Source of the DNA: Bdellovibrio sp.
Lineage (GTDB): Bacteria; Bdellovibrionota; Bdellovibrionia; Bdellovibrionales; Bdellovibrionaceae
Assembly: GCA_036677065.1 (NCBI GenBank)
Contig: JAKFBS010000003.1
Span: 433,573-497,572 of the forward strand
DNA: 64,000 nucleotides
Direction of reading: 5' to 3'
Positions 60,725-64,000 of this stretch are shown piece by piece; position 1 is the stretch's first letter; each line of letters begins with the position of its first letter. The notes under the pieces were generated by a model. That model saw only the letters and a list, made by a program, of their open reading frames with translations. It did no database searches and was not told where the DNA came from. A program made the translations under genes and the position numbers.

Positions 60725-61720
60725 CTACTTTTTAAAAATGCCTTGTTCAATATCTTTTTGCGTATAAACGCCCGTATCCATGATCCACCCAGTAGTTAAA
60801 CTTGCCGGAGTCACATCAAAAGACGGGTTGTATACTTTGCTTTGTGCGGGAGCCCAAGTACTAATAACTTCTGAAGCTGCACGCTGTTCGATGGGAATAT
60901 TTTTTCCCGATACGCAGTTAAAATCAACTGTTGTAAAGGGTGCTGCCACATAGAATGGAATATTATGAAATTTGCAGTTTACAGCCACAGAGTAGGTTCC
61001 GATTTTATTTGCGAAGTCTCCGTTTTGGGCAATGCGATCAGAGCCAACGATGGCTTTAGTGATTTGACCTTCACTCATTAAGTGGGCTGCCATGTTGTCA
61101 GTGATTAAAGTCATTGGGATTTTATGTTTTTGTAATTCCCAAGTAGTTAAGCGGCCGCCTTGTAAAAGCGGGCGTGTTTCATCGACCCAGACATGAATTT
61201 TTTTACCCTGTTGATGCGCCTTTAAGATAACTCCTAAAGCCGTGCCTACGCCAACAGTGGCAAGACCGCCAGTGTTACAGTGAGTAAGAATTTGATCGCC
61301 GTCTTGGATAAGTTCTGCACCAAAACTTGCGATGCGATCGCAAAGTTTTACATCTTCATTAAAAATTTCAACAGCTGCCTGTAAGATTTGATTTTTATCA
61401 CTGCCAGCTTCAATCACAGTTTTCATGCGATCGATGCAGTTCATTAAATTCACGGCCGTCGGGCGGGCTTCATAAAGTGCCTGCGCTTTTTGTAATAATT
61501 CAGTTTTGGTAAAACCCTGAAGGGCGGCTTGCGCCACTTGTAATGCTGCTGCGACGCCAATTAAAGGAGCGCCACGCACGCGAAGCATTTTGATCGCTTC
61601 AATCATTTGTTCAGTTGATTCAATGACGATCCATTTTTCGACGTGGGGAAGCAGTGTTTGATCAAGAATTTCAAATTTTGTTTCAGTGAATCGAAGTGCT
61701 AATGAGATACAAGAAATCAT
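60725..61720 (-). CDS. mtnA: Methylthioribose-1-phosphate isomerase
   Basis: LDQTLLP, VRGAP, RPTAVNL, THCNTG, ETRPLLQG, NKIGT. Confidence 0.93.
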   Translation of the reverse strand: MISCISLALRFTETKFEILDQTLLPHVEKWIVIESTEQMIEAIKMLRVRGAPLIGVAAALQVAQAALQGFTKTELLQKAQALYEARPTAVNLMNCIDRMKTVIEAGSDKNQILQAAVEIFNEDVKLCDRIASFGAELIQDGDQILTHCNTGGLATVGVGTALGVILKAHQQGKKIHVWVDETRPLLQGGRLTTWELQKHKIPMTLITDNMAAHLMSEGQITKAIVGSDRIAQNGDFANKIGTYSVAVNCKFHNIPFYVAAPFTTVDFNCVSGKNIPIEQRAASEVISTWAPAQSKVYNPSFDVTPASLTTGWIMDTGVYTQKDIEQGIFKK

Positions 61721-62391
61721 AATAAAATATTTCCGATTTTTTTTCTAAGTTCATAAAGATAAGCCACTTCTTCTGGTGGTAATGGATTTAATCCACCTAA
61801 GGCCTGAGCTTGCGCTAATATCTGCGCTGAATTTTCGATACGCTCCATCCCGCGGTAAGCTTCTTCAAGATCTAAACCCCACGTTAAAGCGCCGTGACGT
61901 TTTAAAATCATCGCCCGATGCTTGGGTAAGAACGGTTTTAAAACATCGCCCATAGCTTGTGTGCCGGGGCGGGCATAATCAGCAAACGGAATATCTCCGG
62001 TGGCTAAGATCACTTCTGATAAACAATCTGATGGTAATTTTTTAAGATGTGGGCGGGCGATCGACCAAGCAATGGCTGTGGTCGGGTGCGCATGCACGAC
62101 AGCCTTGGCCTCAGGGCATTGGCGAAAAACTTCTAAATGCATTAAACGCTCTGAAGAGGGGTTTCCGCAGATGATTTGGTTGTCTAACGTGACCGCAGCC
62201 ATATCTGAAGCCTTCATAAAAGCTTTTGCTATGCCGGATGGCGTAAATAAAATCACATTGGGCTCAACCCGTAAACTGATGTTTCCATCAGCAGCCGAGA
62301 GCATATTACGGCTATGCAGGCGTTTACAGATCTCAAGAATATGCTCACATTCTTGGGGGTATCGATTTAACAATTCATTCGGGCTTGTCAT
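61717..62391 (-). CDS. Class II aldolase (FucA/Ald2-like)
   Basis: GNISLR, TPSG, PSSERLMH, HAHP, HG Zn ligands. Confidence 0.85.
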   Translation of the reverse strand: MTSPNELLNRYPQECEHILEICKRLHSRNMLSAADGNISLRVEPNVILFTPSGIAKAFMKASDMAAVTLDNQIICGNPSSERLMHLEVFRQCPEAKAVVHAHPTTAIAWSIARPHLKKLPSDCLSEVILATGDIPFADYARPGTQAMGDVLKPFLPKHRAMILKRHGALTWGLDLEEAYRGMERIENSAQILAQAQALGGLNPLPPEEVAYLYELRKKIGNILL

Positions 62392-62433
62392 ACTGACATT
62401 TCATAGCGATAATCATTGCCAGTGGCAACTTTG

Positions 62434-62985
62434 ATGAATCAATTTAATCGATTTCCTAATGAACAAGTGCTTATCGTAATGGCACTTCGTGAAGAGTCAG
62501 GCGGAGTGCTTGAACAGCATGGCTTTCAGGTCCATTACAGCGGGCTCGGAATGGTCAATGCCGCCTCAAAATTGACTGAAATCGGCGTTAAACTAAAACC
62601 AGATCGTATTATTAATTTAGGCACAGCGGGAAGTTTCACTTTAGAACCTGGAACCATGGTTGAAGTGGACGGCGTGATTCAGCGCGGAAGTGTGGTTTCA
62701 TTTATGCGCCAGCGAAAAAAAATCACGACATTTTCAGAGCTGCCAAAAGCCATCTGCGGAACTGCAGATTTTGTTGAAGTTGAAAAATCGCCAAATAATT
62801 TATATCAAATCATGGACATGGAAGTTTTAGCATTTGCTCAAGTGAGCGAGACCTTAGGAATTCCATTTCATAGTTTTAAATTCATCACTGATTCTTCAGA
62901 TTTAAACACTTTAAAAGACTGGAAAAAAAATCTGGCTGCAGCGCAAGCCAGTTTTTTAAGTCTTTGCCAATCATTAAATAAATAA
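62434..62985 (+). CDS. MTA/SAH nucleosidase-like protein (PNP/UDP fold)
   Basis: MALREE, GLGMVNAA, NLGTAGS, DME, KFITD; start 62434 or 62416. Confidence 0.75.
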   Translation: MNQFNRFPNEQVLIVMALREESGGVLEQHGFQVHYSGLGMVNAASKLTEIGVKLKPDRIINLGTAGSFTLEPGTMVEVDGVIQRGSVVSFMRQRKKITTFSELPKAICGTADFVEVEKSPNNLYQIMDMEVLAFAQVSETLGIPFHSFKFITDSSDLNTLKDWKKNLAAAQASFLSLCQSLNK

Positions 62986-63004
62986 AAAAAGGAAAACACC
63001 AATC

Positions 63005-63760
63005 ATGGAATCGTTTTTAACAACCGAAGCTTTAATCGCATTATTTACACTGACTGCTATGGAGACCGTATTAGGAATCGATAATATTATTTTTATCGCA
63101 ATCCTTGTCGCTAAAGTGGCTCCAGAAAAACAGGCTAAACTTAGAAATGCCGGTTTGATGTTGGCTTTCGTTATTCGTATCGGGTTGTTATTTTCATTAA
63201 GTTGGATCATGGGCCTAAAAGATCCTTTATTTGCCGTTATGGGAAAAGCAATTTCAGGTCGCGATTTAATTATGCTGGGCGGGGGATTATTCTTGATGGC
63301 CAAAGCGACTTATGAAATTCATCATAAAGTTGAAGGTGATGACGCCGGTCCATCGACAGAAGGCAGCGGCAATATGAAAAAGATCTATGCTAATGCGACT
63401 TCAATTTTAATTCAGATTCTAATGTTAGATATCGTGTTTTCTTTAGATTCAGTCATTACCGCAGTGGGTATGGCTGATCAAATTTCTATTATGGTTGTAG
63501 CGATGTTAATTTCAATGGTGATTATGCTTGTTTCAGCAGGTTCGATCAGTAGTTTCGTTGAACGTCATCCAACAATTAAAATCTTAGCTTTATCGTTTTT
63601 GTTATTGATCGGGGTGATGTTAACAGTAGAAGGCATGGGCGGCCATGTTGCTAAAGGTTACATCTATTTCGCCATGGCATTCTCGTTAGCCGTAGAACTT
63701 TTAAATATGCGCTTACGCAAAAAAACTGTGCCAGTGCAAACGATTAATCCGGTTCAGTAA
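63005..63760 (+). CDS. TerC-family membrane protein
   Basis: ETVLGIDN, DIVFSLDSVITAVG, KGYIYFAM. Confidence 0.92.
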   Translation: MESFLTTEALIALFTLTAMETVLGIDNIIFIAILVAKVAPEKQAKLRNAGLMLAFVIRIGLLFSLSWIMGLKDPLFAVMGKAISGRDLIMLGGGLFLMAKATYEIHHKVEGDDAGPSTEGSGNMKKIYANATSILIQILMLDIVFSLDSVITAVGMADQISIMVVAMLISMVIMLVSAGSISSFVERHPTIKILALSFLLLIGVMLTVEGMGGHVAKGYIYFAMAFSLAVELLNMRLRKKTVPVQTINPVQ

Positions 63761-64000
63761 TTAGTTAAAAGCCGAAAAAAGAAAAAGAGAATTTCAGCTT
63801 TCTATTGCCCACATCTTTAACGAGTTGTGGGTTTGTTTTTTATAATCCGTCTATCGGATATATCTTTGCCAGCTACAAATAACAGCCCTCTAACCTGCGC
63901 CAGGTTCTTGCTTTTCGTTAGTTCATCGAAAGGCTTGGGTATGGGTCACACACAATTGCATTTTACAAAAACACATTGGCGGTTTCGCTATAACCATGGC

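Noticed and set aside
63880..63950. TPP riboswitch on the minus strand (ATACCC...GAACCTG)
   Set aside because: The CTGAGA motif is absent, spacing is wrong and there is no same-strand downstream gene

Overview
The window is an AT-rich bacterial chromosome segment, most likely Bdellovibrionota (Bdellovibrio/Pseudobdellovibrio-like; inferred from protein character and gene content, not from a search). It has three blocks. (1) 1-23.3 kb: the core rpoB(3' part)-rpoC, str, S10, spc and alpha operons, with several oddities. A terminator cuts fusA off from rpsL-rpsG, the EF-G has a degenerate domain IV tip, and a decayed initiator-tRNA-like element overlaps the fusA 3' end where tuf normally sits. 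rplX (L24), map and infA are absent from their usual positions, and L17 carries a long Ala/Lys tail. (2) 24.2-49.9 kb: a ~26 kb low-oxygen/NO cluster: korAB-gcdH-DGC/FmdE fusion; nirK(+cyt c)-nirV-sco-nnrS; DUF2249-like-norCBQD; two Crp/Fnr regulators; hemerythrin; hemN-hemY; a PLP decarboxylase; a ResB-like gene; a Tat-exported HiPIP; nrdG-nrdD. A palindrome ATGAY-N4-RTCAT (one copy ends ATCAG), distinct from the FNR box TTGAT-N4-ATCAA, lies in six intergenic regions of this block at near-constant class II (-41.5) spacing from -10 elements. In three cases the predicted +1 is the A of the start codon (leaderless mRNA), and one box serves two divergent promoters. This apparent regulon is the main finding. 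(3) 49.9-64 kb: housekeeping genes (TIGR03545/03546 pair, kdsA, DegT aminotransferase, M13 peptidase, PilZ protein, aldolase-mtnA-mtnP DHAP-shunt-like operon, nucleosidase, TerC). No CRISPR array, rRNA, integrase or transposase was seen.
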